Origin: Phoronis australis
Taxonomy: Eukaryota; Animalia; Phoronida
Assembly: GCA_002633005.1 (NCBI GenBank)
Contig: NMRA01000369.1
Span: forward strand, 62,001 to 126,000
Reading direction: 5' to 3'
DNA: 64,000 nucleotides
Shown here: positions 11,354-24,638 of the stretch, piece by piece
Position numbering within the stretch: the stretch's first letter is position 1
How the letters are laid out: each line of letters opens with the position of its first letter
Notes under the pieces: model-generated
Told to the model about the DNA's origin: nothing
Databases searched by the model: none
The model's input: only the letters and a program-made list of their open reading frames with translations
Position numbers and translations under genes: made by a program

Positions 11354-11906
11354 TCGGCAAATGATCAACCTGGAACAGCGAAGTAGGATTTGCCGCAGCC
11401 ATCTGCTTGTTGTCTGTTACACAACTTACAGTGTATTATGTTATAGACTGGATCCACCCGTTATACTCAAATGTCGGATAGATGGCACTTAAGTTGTTTT
11501 TGTCAGAAACTGAATTCGCTCCACTGTTCTCAGTTTTGATTTGAAAAGTGATGTTTGATCATGGTTTGCGTTGAAACAGCACTCATAAAAACTACCCTTT
11601 CAGCGTTCTATCGCCGAATATTCTGGAAGGATTGTTTAAAATCTTCTTCAACAAATAACCTGAGAAGAATGTTTGTCAAAATTTAGTTGGGTTACTGTAC
11701 GAGAGGCAAACACTCTAATTACAGTAGGAAACCAAGCTTAAAATCCAGTTGTCTAGCCACTGGTGGAGATTGTCCCACAACTCTTTAGTTAATTTCATGT
11801 TTAATGTTCAATTTAGACGATTTTAAATAAGGCTTTTGGTATCAATGCAATTCCTGATCAAGGCTGGTGTCAAAGTCTAAGAATTCAGCTTGTTCCCTTC
11901 CTGAGG

Positions 11907-12027
11907 CATGGGCGGCGCAGCATAGGGGTCAGTGCTACGCCGCCCATGGTCTATAGGCGGTGCACCACAGGGGGGCTGAAGGGGCTTTAGCCCCCCCATC
12001 ACTTTTCTCAGTGCTGCGCCGCCCATG
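11907..12027. mobile_element. Small MITE with CATGGGCGGCGCAGCA TIRs
   Basis: Perfect 16-bp TIR, TGAGG repeated on both flanks; also at 41341-41461. Confidence 0.7.
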
Positions 12028-12149
12028 TGAGGGAGAGTTGGGAATTTAGTTCCCCTGTTTTGGTCTTGGCAAACTGCACGAGTTTTTGGCCTCGCTGTAA
12101 GATTGGGTTAAGCGTAAATGCAACTTCGATTTAAATTTGAATCTTAATG

Positions 12150-12312
12150 ACGTGAAGGAAAGATTTAGTCTTCGCACACGCCACATGTTGGTCACAGTTC
12201 GAGACATGTAATTAAGTCTGTAATTAAGATCCATGTCTCGACCGGGACTCGAAGCCAACTAAAGACTTTCTACTTACCGTGCAGGCCATCTTGTCCACTG
12301 ATGTATCCGGGC
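12150..12312 (-). mobile_element. tRNA-derived SINE head (degenerate)
   Basis: Minus strand gcccggatacatcagtgg (A-box-like) ... cttcgagtcccggtcgagac (B-box-like); 3' boundary uncertain; paralog head at 41746. Confidence 0.5.
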
Positions 12313-12981
12313 AATTGGTCAATTATAGAAGTCCTACCAAACTTAATCGGAGACATCTTTCCCTTCTTACTTGAGAGTAAATATTCATGTAAGATTAACA
12401 AACCTTACACGTAAGAAGACTGATATTCTTACTTATACCATATCAACGCGCGCTAAGTCGTGACAAATAGAATCATACACCACTGACGTGATGTTTGGTA
12501 CACTACAGGATGGATAAAGAAAAATTGTCCATTGTACGATGCTTGTTTGCTGAAATACGATTATTCTTTTTTGAAACTATTTGACTAGTTCAAAATTAAC
12601 ATTTCATTTTCATCAAAAAAGCAATGTGGAAATAAGTTAGACTTCTTAAGCCAACGACTGAACCAGTCGTCGTTTCCAAAGTGTATGAATGTGACATGTG
12701 AATGAAAATACCCTAGTTTCAATATATTATTTGTATTATATACACTGGGCGTAGTGTGTTGCATTATGGCTAGGGTACATCCATGGAATAAGATACTAAA
12801 AAGAGATCTGATTCGAAAGCCTTGATTGGTCCAGAGATTGTTCAACTGCCGTAAGACAGTCTCATTGTTTTCTTGCTACCAATTGGCTGTATTTGTGTGT
12901 TCAAACTAAGCAAAATGTACAGCTAATTGAATGCCTGGGCAAAGTGGGCAATGAGCCGAGTTCTCAGTAGATCTTGACTGT

Positions 12982-13590
12982 CACAGGCACCTTTAATCAA
13001 CCCTCGACGATAAAATGTAATAAGGAGGCAACATTTACGGCAAAGCGGATAGTGACCGAAATGACAGTACAGGCAGAGTAAACTGGTGGAACAGCTAACA
13101 CTATAATGTTATTGTTTACTCTCTAACCGGCCACAAGGCAAGTACAATAATTAATCCACATACAAGCATAATGATTTGGACAAATGGAAGGAAATTGGAT
13201 AGTGAATTTGAAATGTTGACCTGTTTTTCTGGTAACCAATCAGCGTGCTCCGGGAGTAGATTAAGGATAATGTTACTGTTTTTAGCATTCTGGTGATGTC
13301 AGAGCATGCGCATTAGTTGACGCCAATGGATCATTTCGGTGGACTAGCTACGCTTTGCCGTGGATGTTGTCGATTGAATTAGGAAAATTTGGAGGTATTT
13401 ATTGGTTTCGATGTCAGCAAATGTAACTAGTGAACGTGCTGCAGTCGCAGGTAAAATGTGACTTAAAGTACTCCCAGATTTGACAAGCTTCGAGTTATTC
13501 CGGAAGTGCCGGGCGGCCATATTGGATAGTAATTGTATTTACCTTTTTCCATTATAGTATATCATCGAGGGCTAATTAAAGGTGCCTGTG
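12982..13590. mobile_element. MITE-like element with ~30-bp TIRs
   Basis: cacaggcacctttaatcaaccctcgacgata vs tatcatcgagggctaattaaaggtgcctgtg; paralog 42412-43032; no clear TSD. Confidence 0.65.
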
Positions 13591-14003
13591 CTTGAGTTGA
13601 CCAATAGGCCTGTTGGAAACGAGGAATGACGTTCTTTACTACTTCGAAACGAGAGGTGCGCACTGCTTAAAGGCGAAGGCAACCTTTTTCCATGGCATTT
13701 TGAGCTAAAATAAGGTTGGTTGGTTATCCTAGACATATTTTCCACTTAATTACAGCTTTTCGTAATTTTATAAATTACTCGTCCGCTACTCCGGAAGTGA
13801 CGTTTTAGAAGGCAAGCGTTTCCCGCCACTTGGTTTTGCGTTGACTTTACCGTGCGAATCTGTCTATTCTACTTTTGTTTTGTGCTGTTTTTCAACAATT
13901 GTGGCCACCACTTTCCATCGGCGAGTATTCTGCGGCAAGATAGGTTAGTAGAGAACTTAACTACGTTGGATTTAGGGATTGTTTAGTGTGCTGTAAGCTG
14001 AAA

Positions 14004-14300
14004 ATGGCTGGAGTCGGTGACCCGTACCACAGTGACAGTAGTGTGAGTAACGGAGACCTTGTTCACAGCAGTGGTGGCGAGGAATTTTTTCACGGACATT
14101 CAGTGGGTGGGTACATGTTTGAGCCCAAGTATGACGAGGCAGAGTACGCACAGGCACAGGCAGCTGTTGAGAGAAACGAGGCGGCTACTGAGGATAGACG
14201 TGGTGACACATCTTGGTGCAAATGCACTGTGTGCGTTGTTATGCCTACATCAATGGAATGCTTGGGCTGTTCAGAGTTCGACGAGGTTAAGCCACTACTG
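14004..14300 (+). pseudogene. Truncated KolX-like accessory protein (Cys-rich, P2X7 ballast-like)
   Basis: YMFEP...WCKCTVCVVMPTSMECLGCSE; cut off at the internal deletion junction. Confidence 0.7.
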
Positions 14301-15191
14301 GACATGGTTAAGTGGACTTCCGGCATACCACGGACAGAAGAACAACTGTCCCACTTTCCAGAGTGTCTCGCGACACACTCCCACTGAATGGTAACCTGAG
14401 CACCCAAACTGCTTAAATCGTGCCGTGTGACTCCCTGGCAACACACCTGGCACCTTATAAATAGCTCCAACACTTTAGACAAGTCCACAATAAACTTATC
14501 AAAGTTTGGCTCACCGATCTGTTCACTGGACGAAGAACTGTCCTCTTCACTGGGTGTCGAACTGAGCCTGTAATCACTCCCACCAATCAATATCGCTGCA
14601 GGGCTGCTTAGAGGCTGTGTCCCAGATCTAATGCCTCTTGGCGCTCTCTGGGTTATGTATATTCATTGTATTCTGAAGATTTCGTAATAAACATTAAAAA
14701 AGGCTCTGGGCTGGAGAAAACAGCACAGGGCGAATCACTACTGGTTTCAGGAATTGCACGCTCTGGGGTACGTTCGGAGGCAGGGGTGACAGTAGAGGAA
14801 GTGCCTACACTGGCTCCAGTCACTGTACTGGCCACAGCTCGCGAGGCTTCTCGCTTCAAAAACGCACTTCTCGGGGGTGGCGACGGGGCACTGCCGGGAA
14901 TCAACACAGACGGAATGGCATCCTTCTTCAGACGTTGTTTCGCAGGGACCTTCACCAGTTCAGCGTACAAATACCTTTTGTAATCGGACGGCAGAAAGTG
15001 CTTGCCACACACACGGTTAATTCTCCACTGCTTTGTACGTTGCGTGGACCGGTAACGCTGCGTTCTTCACACGAACGAGTCAAGTACGGCGAAGTGTGTC
15101 ATCCATCGGAAAGCGATGCAAAGGTACTCCCAATTAAAACGTGCGTGAGCCGATAATTAGTACATCCTGGTACGCAGCAACAGTGTGGCAT
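14290..15191 (-). pseudogene. Kolobok transposase N-terminal remnant (THAP plus Zn-binding region), frameshifted
   Basis: MPHCCCVPGC..LHRFP..VCGKHF..RLKKDAIPS spread over frameshifts; KFIVDLSKVLELFIRCQVC..ECVARHSGKWDS; catalytic core absent. Confidence 0.8.
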
Positions 15192-17159
15192 GTTGACTGA
15201 CTAGTAAATGAAAGCAAACGACGACGGAACTTAACACAGCCGAGGTAGAACAATGACTGACTCGGCAGCTCTCACAGTCAGACCATATGAAAACCAAGTG
15301 GCGGGAAATGCTTGCCTCCTAAAACGTCACTTCCGGAGTAACGGACGAGTAATTAATAAAATTACGAAAAGCTGTAATTAAGTGGAAAATATGTCTAGGA
15401 TAACCAATCAACCTTATTTTAGCTCAAAATGACATAGAAAAAGGTTGCCTTCGCCTTTAAGGCTCCCAGACGAACTGTTCCCTCAAGCACACAAAGTAGG
15501 CCTTAGAAATATTTTTACGAGAAAATAAAATTGTAAAGAAAAAACTTGCCTTTGAATATGTTTGCACAGTCAATTTATTGATTGTAAAACAAAAGTATAA
15601 AATTAAACTACACAAAACACATAGCGAAGTTCACCAGTCGGATACTTACAAGAAACTGACAACGCGAAAAAACATTAAAATCAAGCATGAAGCGATCTAA
15701 TGATAGGGTTACATAATCTACTACAACACACAATCTACCATACACATAATCTACTACACACGGGTGTTCACAAACGCCTAACAGGGAAAAAATGTACAGC
15801 ACTTCATACACATGAGAGCACATTTGTAGAACTAGCTTAAGTGTACCCATTTTCGACACCTTTCCACATTATTTTGCACTTCCAAATAAATTCTGTTGTA
15901 TTTCTGGAAAGCTTGCCTGGGCTTTCGGATGGTGTCACCTAACAGAAAATCGATCAAGATCAAAATTTTACGATCGATAGAAGACGACACAATTAGTTCA
16001 CGAAAGCACGTCTCTAGAAATCTTTGGGATTTCCTGACACGTAGTAATCAAGTAAATTATATTTAAAAAATCCAATATTATTTAATGTACGTTTCCCCAA
16101 ATATTCAAAGTGGAAACTCCTCAGTCGCCTGCTTCAAAAACAAGATTTGGCGCACGTGAGATCCAGTAGACAAGACGGCAAGCCCACAATTCAAGCTGCA
16201 AGCCTCCGAAACTTGAACGGAATTCAATTAATAGATACATTTTAAGACCCTGAAATAAATACTTATTCAACAATGTAAGGGTGTCGATCGCAGGTACACT
16301 GTTGCTACTTATGACGGGAATTTTAGAGGAATTATTTAAATAATATTGTTAAAGTAGGATAAAATGAACAATAACGATGTTGATGCTGATTGATAGAGTG
16401 AACTTAAGTACTGATTGAGACATCCTTATTGCAAACAACAAATTGAACAATTATGAACATTCAATAATTGCATAAGAGAATATATCAAAACGGTAGGGCG
16501 ACAAATTGTTCGTTTTTGCACAGTTTATCATGGCCGGTTTCGCCTACTTCGGCCGAATCGCCTTACATGAACGTACAATCATGTAATTGTGCTGATTTTT
16601 GACACTAATGCTGCTTCTGTAGAGAGGACATCTTTGTGACGTCAAAAGCATCCATGCGACATGTATTAGGCAATCTAAGTTACCTTGCTCGTCACAGGCC
16701 TACTCTGAAGCTAGCCATAGAGATTCCTTGAACAAATCGGGCGAGAAAAAATGCACGCCTAATTTAGTGGGTCCTTGGTTCAGTCATTTGAGCTTCGCCA
16801 GCTCAACCAGAGGACAAGCGGATAAGAGGAGCGTTTCGCCTCAATCCGAGAAGCAGAATGTCCCTATATAAGACATGTGTCGGTTGTCAAAGTTGCAGGG
16901 AAGGCCATTTTGCCAATCACTTCCCTCATGGGACAATTCCTGCTGCAACTTTCGGTGACCAAATGGTCATTGTGGTACGCCAGCCTGGCTGACGTTCATT
17001 GTCCTGTGCTTGGACTTTTTCATTTGTCGCAGCTCCGATGTAATACATTTAAGCGACTGGCAATGAGCATGAGAGACAACGTTTCTATTGTAAGGTAACA
17101 ATTGGCAGACCGTCTGCCTCGATCATTTCAGTCAAAGTAGCGCCGCTGAGAAGACCCTT

Positions 17160-18010
17160 GTTATGGGGAAACTAGGTTGAAGCTGATCGAGAGGAGTGTC
17201 ATTTAGAAACACCTATTCACTGAAGATCAGCGAATGATCTCTTGTTAAGTGGAATGTAGGCCACGGAACTTTCAAGTCGTGTTTCAGCAATACACAACAA
17301 TTCCCACAAGCGGACTGACCTCTCGTTATAAGGAAATTTACTCGGGACTGACCGAGTCGAGTCTCAATAAGAGACATTGGTCCCCATGAGACAAGGTACT
17401 GGTCTCTCGTCAACGGGAAAACTAAATCGACGACTGTACAAGTTGTGTCCCATTAAGAGATAGTTCTTCCCAAAAGAGGAATGGCCTCTAGTTCTGTGGG
17501 GAAACTAAGCTGGGGATTTAGCAAATCCCATCTCTATGAGAGAGAATAATTCCACGATGAGACTGCTTTTGCGTTATAGCAAAATTGGTCCCGAAACTTA
17601 TCAAGTCGTTTCCCGATAAGATAGTTTCCAAGAGAGACGACTGATCTCTCGTTAAAGCGAAATTAACCTGTGACTGGCAGAGTCCTGTCCCAATAAAAGA
17701 CTATTAGAGGAAACTAAGCCGGTGACTATTCAAGTCGTGTCTCATTAAGAGACATTAGTTTCCACGAAAGCCGACTCTTGTTATCTGGAAAAACGGACCG
17801 CACGGTACTGACCAAACCCTGTCTCACTTGAGAAACAACGCCATGAATTCTTCCAGTGCTGTCAACAGTACCCACGAGATCAGGAATTAATCCCCCGTTA
17901 TAAGGAAATCAGAGCTCCCACGAGTACACTCTCTCGTAACGAGAAATTTGTCCGAGGACTCATCAACACGTATATCATTAAGAGACGATATTTCCCACAA
18001 GAGGACTTTC
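17160..18010. repeat. Degenerate ~80-bp tandem repeat array
   Basis: Recurrent ggaaaactaa..gact..caagt.gtgtc.cattaagaga..ttccca units; paralog ~46030-46880. Confidence 0.6.
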
Positions 18011-19192
18011 TTGCTAGGGCCACTACGCCATTGACTGGCCAAGGCAAGTCTCCCGATCACCAAGTCCTTACAAATCTTGTCGATGCTCTCGCGTCCAGTT
18101 CTTGTTCAACGTCGTTTACTTTGATGTTTTCACTTATTGTATAGTTAGGCTTCTAACATTTTCTTTAATTTTGCGCAGAGTACAGTTCAGAAGAGCGCGT
18201 GGTTCGGCCATCACAGAGTTTACATCTGCTGTTTGAGAAGGTCTAAGAAAAATGCAACTTCATGTATGACTACAAGAAAAAAATAAATAGGATTCATTTG
18301 TCTCCATCAGTGATCACAGGAGTCGGATGAAATCCAAAACTCTACGGAAGGGTAACGCAGTGATATGCTTAAATTTAACAACGGGCTCTGAACTGAAATA
18401 TTTTACTGAAACACTCAAACAAATGTTGACGTTTCTTGCATTGCGTAAATCATTAACCATAGAGCAAGTTAATGTTGCTATCCAATGGGTGTACTGGTAG
18501 TGTTTAAACCTAATGAGCTATAGATGAACTATTAAACTAGCTGGCCACCACTCCACCATGAAATCCTCTGCCTCCTAGAGCTTGTCTACGCGTCTTCAGG
18601 ATCAGCACCCTGCAACAGCGTAACCTCATTGTAACAAGAAAAACAGTATAGGGTTATCAGGACCTGTTAGACAAATGCTACTAGTTAAAGTCAAGTAGTA
18701 GCAAAAAAATATCACAGGGAGTTTGACGCCATAATTGTTTTGGACAGGCACAGACCAAGTAGCCGGCTCTGAATTCACTGGCCAAAGCAGCTGAATGCCT
18801 TCCCCATTATGCGATTAGTTATGTTCATGTACAACTGTAGCACACATGCAATCATTTGTCTTGCAAAGCTGAAAAAGCTAAGGGTTTCCAAACATGGCTC
18901 GAAATTTTGAACATGGCTCAGAGCTCATAAAACATGGCTCAAGATTTCCAAACATAATTAAGAACTTTTGAAGCATGGTGCAGCACCATGTTTGAACACA
19001 TTATAGTGAGAATGTTGTTATATGAGTATCATTTCAAAGAACCAACCAAGATTTATCTTGGGTTCTTATATATTGGCAAGTACCAATAAGTCAGCATTCA
19101 CAGACTTACAGCCAAGAAATCACAAAATTCTCTTCTCAAACAAGTTTTCTAACAGGGAAAAATATTCCTTTACAGTAAAAAAGGAATGATAC

Positions 19193-19414
19193 CTTCTTAA
19201 AATTTTCATTGTGTTTTGCCCAAAATTCCATGTTCCACTTTTGTGCCTCTTCTCGCTTCTGCCTAAAATCTCTCTCAAGACGCGTTTCATTGGGGGGAAT
19301 GTAAAACTTGATCGGACGCAAGTTGGACTTGGGGTCTGCAGGGCCGATCCAGTCACGCCTGATGTTCTGTGGAGGATCTAGATGAATTTTTGTACCAGGT
19401 TTCGGCTTGGATGT
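19193..19414 (-). pseudogene. COA8: COA8 (APOPT1) remnant, exon 2 only
   Basis: DWIGPADPKSNLRPIKF...FWAKHNENF with intact splice sites; coding exon 1 lost at a junction near 19451 and exons 3-4 lost at a junction near 18835, relative to copy B. Confidence 0.85.
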
Positions 19415-20004
19415 CTGAAAAATAATGTGACACGTGTGACCATGAGGATTCGCGCTCTTTGGGCGCCATTGCGTCACCTATCGAGCCAATGAATTTCCAC
19501 GTTCTTCAATCAACTGTGTAAGGTTGCGTACATGTCATAACAATAGGAAGTGGTTTCATTTCGTTACAGGTTCTTACCATTTCAATACCACAAAACAATT
19601 TCAGAAAATACTCTCGAGAGATATCGTAAAGTTTTGGGAAATGGCGCGTACGTGCGCGTGTCATGAGATTGCACTGTTTTCAAAACGACGGCAGGATGAT
19701 TTTCCTTTGTTACAAAAGGCGGAGAATTACGAAAAATAACGTTTATTAGATTTCGTTTACTTTCATGGCTGTAACGGGCACTGTGAATGTCGATTAGTTC
19801 GCAGATTCCATGCCCCCTGCAGGTTGTTAGCTCTAAGTTTCACGACGAGGTGACGACGGAGCTGAGCACCTGGGTTGTGTGAAATTTCGGCCAGTGTCTA
19901 ACGGAGCTACCTAGCTGTATGTTGACGACAGTTTTCATACAGCTAGCTGGATTTCTACCTCAGTAGGTTATGTACATTTATGATGTAACTTTTGTAAATA
20001 CTTT

Positions 20005-20162
20005 CAGAGGCGGATCCAGGATATTGAGTTGGGGGGAAGGCTCTATAATAGTAGCCAGAATTTTGCCCTTCAGACATTCGCACCCCCGAACTGCCAAATG
20101 GAAGCTGGGAGAATTGTATGGGGGGCATGGCCCCCCTTGGCCCCACTCTAAATCCGCCACTG
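20005..20162. mobile_element. MITE with CAG(A/T)GGCGGAT termini
   Basis: cagaggcggatcc...aatccgccactg; paralog 60516-60672; related inverted copy 30036-30253. Confidence 0.7.
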
Positions 20163-23100
20163 ACATCTATATAATTTGTGTACCATACAATATTTTAAAT
20201 GCATTCTTAGTTTTCATTTTAAACTGAAGAATATCTGATTACCGTACTTTGTGTTACAGTAGGGTCAAATGTCTGGAAAGAAATTTGTACTGCCTAGGGG
20301 AAGAATCCCACAGCCGCACACCTTAATTGCCTACTAAAAGCTGACAGGTGACAGAAATTCTGCTTGAAGCTTTGAACACGGTCTCTTCAAGAAGTATTCC
20401 TGTCTCTTAATGCGATGAACACTCTTAGGTGTAGCTACAACCTGTATTCCCCCTGGGCATTTCCCACTAGCTGCTACCCGTGCTTTCGCACGGCTAGTTT
20501 TATATAATAGATGAGGACTCTCAAGAGCAGGGTTTTGTGAACACCACTCTATTAATGTCCATGTTCTGGAGATTGGGAGAACAATGTAAGTTTTTATTCA
20601 GCGTTGAGAATTTTTTCGCGAGTAAACTATTGCCACATGTCAAATTGCTTTAAAGTGACGGACGGCAGCAATTAATAATCGCCTTATTGGAGATTTCCTG
20701 GCGACAAATCGCCTGCACCATCATAAAAAGCCCATGGGCTCTTTTTCGGAAATGAAGGAAGAAAAAATTGCACATGAACGCATTTTGGGAATAAAAGGCA
20801 ACTAGTGTTGGTTTGAACGCGTCACTCCTAAATGGTCGTTGTTTTCCCCATTTATGCTGTTCGTTAAACGCCCAGAGCAAATCCCGACTTAATCTGATCC
20901 CTTACCATTATGGAATTGGCGTCAAATTAGCCAAAAAATGGAGGTAATACGGGGCTTTGATTAAATTCGGAACGTGGGTTCAGGCGCTCTGTGCTTAAAG
21001 TTGGCCATTTTTACTAGTCAGTTAACAAATTTGCTGCCAAAACAAACATTTTTTTTTTAAATCCTGCTGATAAATGTATTACAATCCCCTGGAATATGTA
21101 TGCCGTATTGCTGCGCCTTAAGGCCAATGGTCCTATGTCCGAATTAATGCCTTTTCGCGGCTTTTTTACACAAGTAGGTCACACATTGGCGCAATATGTT
21201 ACGGCTAAATTTCGCATTATAAGCCTTGGTAGCGCATAGGCCCATACATGTACATTGCTGATAGGTGCACCCGTCTTGACTAGGCCTACCGCTGTGCATC
21301 CCAATGGCAATTTTCACTTCTGCCTCTGTATATTTTCTTTGGCGTAATTTCAAGAAATTTGCTAAATTGTTTTGTATTACCGTTTGCCGCGCATTTGTTC
21401 CCATCGCCGGACTTACATCCCATTTTTAATTGGGATATATCAGCCCATTAAAATGCCTTTTTGTGGCCTTTTCACCCAAGTGATTCGCACACTGGCGTTG
21501 CGCCTAAGTTTCGCGTGTAAGCGCAGTTTCGTTTAGGCGCCCATGCGCCCAATGGCGCGCGATATGGTATGAAAGTGTTGGCGTGTCATTTGAAAGACAT
21601 AAGATTGAGTGAACAGGACAGCAAATCAAGTTTCCAAAAAGCGCCCATTCCCGAAAAGTGGGAACAAAACATGACTTCGAAAAATCGATGGTTCTGAAAA
21701 AGCGCCCAAGCCATTTTATCCAAAATCCCCGTTGAAGTGTGGAAATCATAAAAATCGATTAGCGCTAACATAAGTACAGCATGACCAAGGCTATAAGTTC
21801 TGGATAATTTCAATGTCGGCAGAATTTCAATATCCTTAGTTATAAAACGCTCCGCTTCCAGTGCATAAACCTTACTATACCATTTGCATGGCAGCGTTCG
21901 GGACACCCAGGCCAGCTGGCGTTACCGCTAGAAGACGCCAGAGGGAATCTCTAAAACTCAAGATCACGCCAGACTACGCGAGATACCGCTATGCATTGCA
22001 AGCGAAGCACCTGACCACTACCACAGTGGAGTAACGCTAGGACCTGCGCTAGGACACTTTTAAAAAGAAAGACTTTGCAAGATCACATGACATATTGCTT
22101 TGTTTTTTAAATGAGAACATTGTCATTTTAGCTAGATGTTTCTAGCCGCGAGTCAACTAGTGCACTCTACTCAGATTTACTTTGTCGAGAGACTTTTTAC
22201 GTCTACGGACCGCTCGACGAAAAAGAAATCCATTCACGTCAGCATAAACTTGATGAGAGTGTAGATATACCTTGGTCTTACGCTTCCTCTTCAAGATGGC
22301 GAACATATACCCAAGTAACTATGAGCAAAACCTCACTGTCTAACATTAATTGATGGAAATTATCTCTTTAATTAGGTATTATACGTATATTATCAAAGAC
22401 TTTGTACCTTTGGGCACGTTAAATTTAATTTTTTACTCAAAAATACTTGTGTTGAGCGTAAGACCAAATTCCAGTCTTAATGAAACAGACTCAGAGCACC
22501 CATGTGTGGTATTCTTGTGTTCCGAATGTCCATACATGTACATGAGGGTGTTTGCCATATTCTTTTCCAGATGAATGACACATTGCCTAGACATTGCCCG
22601 CGAAAAGATTATTCGGTGGGGACAGGGGAGTCACTGTGCTGTCCCCCTCATTCATCAAATGCTTTCACTGGCATGGCTGATGCTCTCGTCAATATTATGG
22701 TCGTGTCCGCACGGGGACAGGATTCCCATTCCTCCTCAACCCACCCATGGCTTTTTTTGGTTATGGAGCATTTTTTATTCCCCGTTTATTTTTTCAGTAA
22801 AAGGTCCGCATAGTGAAAAATTCTAGCCCGCTTATGTTATAGGCTGGGTGCGCGCTTGCCATGGGAACCCAGGTGCATATCTCGAGAAACAACTTTCGTC
22901 TAGTTGGTTCACTTTGCATGTGGGCCCTTGAGTTAATGAACTTGTCTAAACTTTTAATACATACACGCATATTTATGTTCTAAACTAATGGACTTATTGA
23001 CTTTATTTCGCCGTTCAGTTGCTAGCGAACTTGAAAGACTCGTGTCCCACAACTGAAAGGAAGAACCATCCGGGTCATTGATCAAATGCCCGTGGTCACT

Positions 23101-24389
23101 CAGACTGTCTTTTTATCATGATGCATGATTAATAGACTAAATTGATTAAAAACATGGTACTACATGACACATCTAGAAGTGTTTTATTGCGTTCCTAGAA
23201 CCTGGTAGGATCTCGGCATAGACCAAGCTATTGTGCTCCATCACCAAGTGGAAGATGTAGTTTATCAAAAAGAAAGTCACACGACTTAAAGCGGCGACAA
23301 GATTACCTTCTACCACAAAAACAACTTTTCAGACCTCATATCAACACGAAATCGCTTCGTTATCGAATTAGAAATGACATCACTGTCACGAAAGAACTGA
23401 CAGTTCGTTAAATTGCTTTTGAACAGACTCTATCAGCTGGTTAGTCACGGCGTGTGTTATTTATTCCCTGAACAGGCTCCCTACAAATAAAGAAGTGTAA
23501 ATTCTTTGCAAACCCTCTCATCTTAACACAACTTGAGACCAATTTTACATGTGTAAGTGGTCAGAAATTTAAGGTTCGTACGCGGCTTTGTACCCGCTTT
23601 AAAATATCACCTTTAATTATTGGAGGTTGCAAATGAGAAATTTTTCGACGTTCAATCCGTTCGGTTAATTATTTTTGATTATCGAATAATCGGAAAATGG
23701 TTTCATAAGAGCATATATGGTGAAATTCATAAATTGACATTTGACAATAAACAGCCGGAGCAGAGACAGAGTGACATACGACTGTCAGCCTTAGAAAAGG
23801 AATACCAGCTGAAGCTAAAATAAATACTGACAACTTTACCGACAGTTATTATACTGAAGTTCATCTATTGTGTATACTGATTTGTTCCTGTAACCATTTC
23901 CATGTTGGTCACACACATCCATCCTGCCAAGCTTGTCCAAGGTACAATTGTTCTGTTTGTAAAATTCACAGAAGAGAACAGTGGGTAAAGGTGCTGGAGC
24001 AATTGGTTTGATGGGTATTTTTTCTCTGGACAGTCAACCAACTTCAGCGTCTTGAAATCACACCAGGCTTTACTATACTCGCAGCTGGAAAAAAGTTCTA
24101 CGTGAGCAAATTTGCAATAAGTACTGTACATGTTTGTAGTGGTAACAGTTGGGTTGAGATGTTACAAGTTCACTGCTCAGTTGCCGTCGTTTTCATCTTT
24201 GCTACGTCTTTTCAAGAAATAAATCGTTACTTTTAAAACTGATTCTTTTTCAAGAGAAAACTTGCAACCTAACGCGCAAAGACATACATATAGGTTGTGA
24301 TCCGCCATGTGAAACAGTCTGGGTGAAGTATTTGATAAATCTGCCAAACAATGTAAGAAATTTAGTAATTAGAAGCGCACGGGATAAAT

Positions 24390-24530
24390 ACAAAACGTAC
24401 CTCGATTGTAGTACATGAAGCAATATCACACTCGACCTTATTCCGCATATCGACCTCGAACTTCAGTGTCTGTCTATACGCGGAATAATGTCTCGTGGGA
24501 TATTACTTCATGTACGCCACTCTCGGTACG

Positions 24531-24536
<6 letters not shown>
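24390..24536. repeat. ~145-bp imperfect palindrome (foldback, MITE-like)
   Basis: caaaacgtacc..gtacatgaag.aatatc..ttattccgc pairs with gcggaataa..gatattacttcatgtac..ggtacgttttg. Confidence 0.8.
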
Positions 24537-24587
<51 letters not shown>

Positions 24588-24590
24588 TGT

Positions 24591-24624
<34 letters not shown>
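24535..24624. repeat. (GT)n microsatellite
   Basis: Directly visible. Confidence 0.95.
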
Positions 24625-24630
<6 letters not shown>

Positions 24631-24638
24631 TATATATT

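Larger units (their letters stand above)
13671..15456. mobile_element. Internally deleted Kolobok DNA transposon
   Basis: ~167-bp TIRs starting AGG; TTAA at 13667-13670 and 15457-15460; single TTAA at the empty site in copy B (43107-43110); two convergent coding remnants. Confidence 0.92.
1..23188 (+). repeat. Segmental duplication, copy A (probably extends upstream of the window)
   Basis: Position 1 (accactga) matches 34978; collinear similarity to copy B continues to tctagaagtgttttatt (23188 vs 63658), with scattered substitutions and copy-specific indels. Confidence 0.95.

Noticed and set aside
13986-14387. Host P2X7 receptor gene
   Set aside because: Only the Cys-rich fragment is present, inside transposon TIRs.
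20650-22826. Short ORFs shared between the two copies
   Set aside because: Frames are broken differently in A and B; similarity reflects the duplication only.
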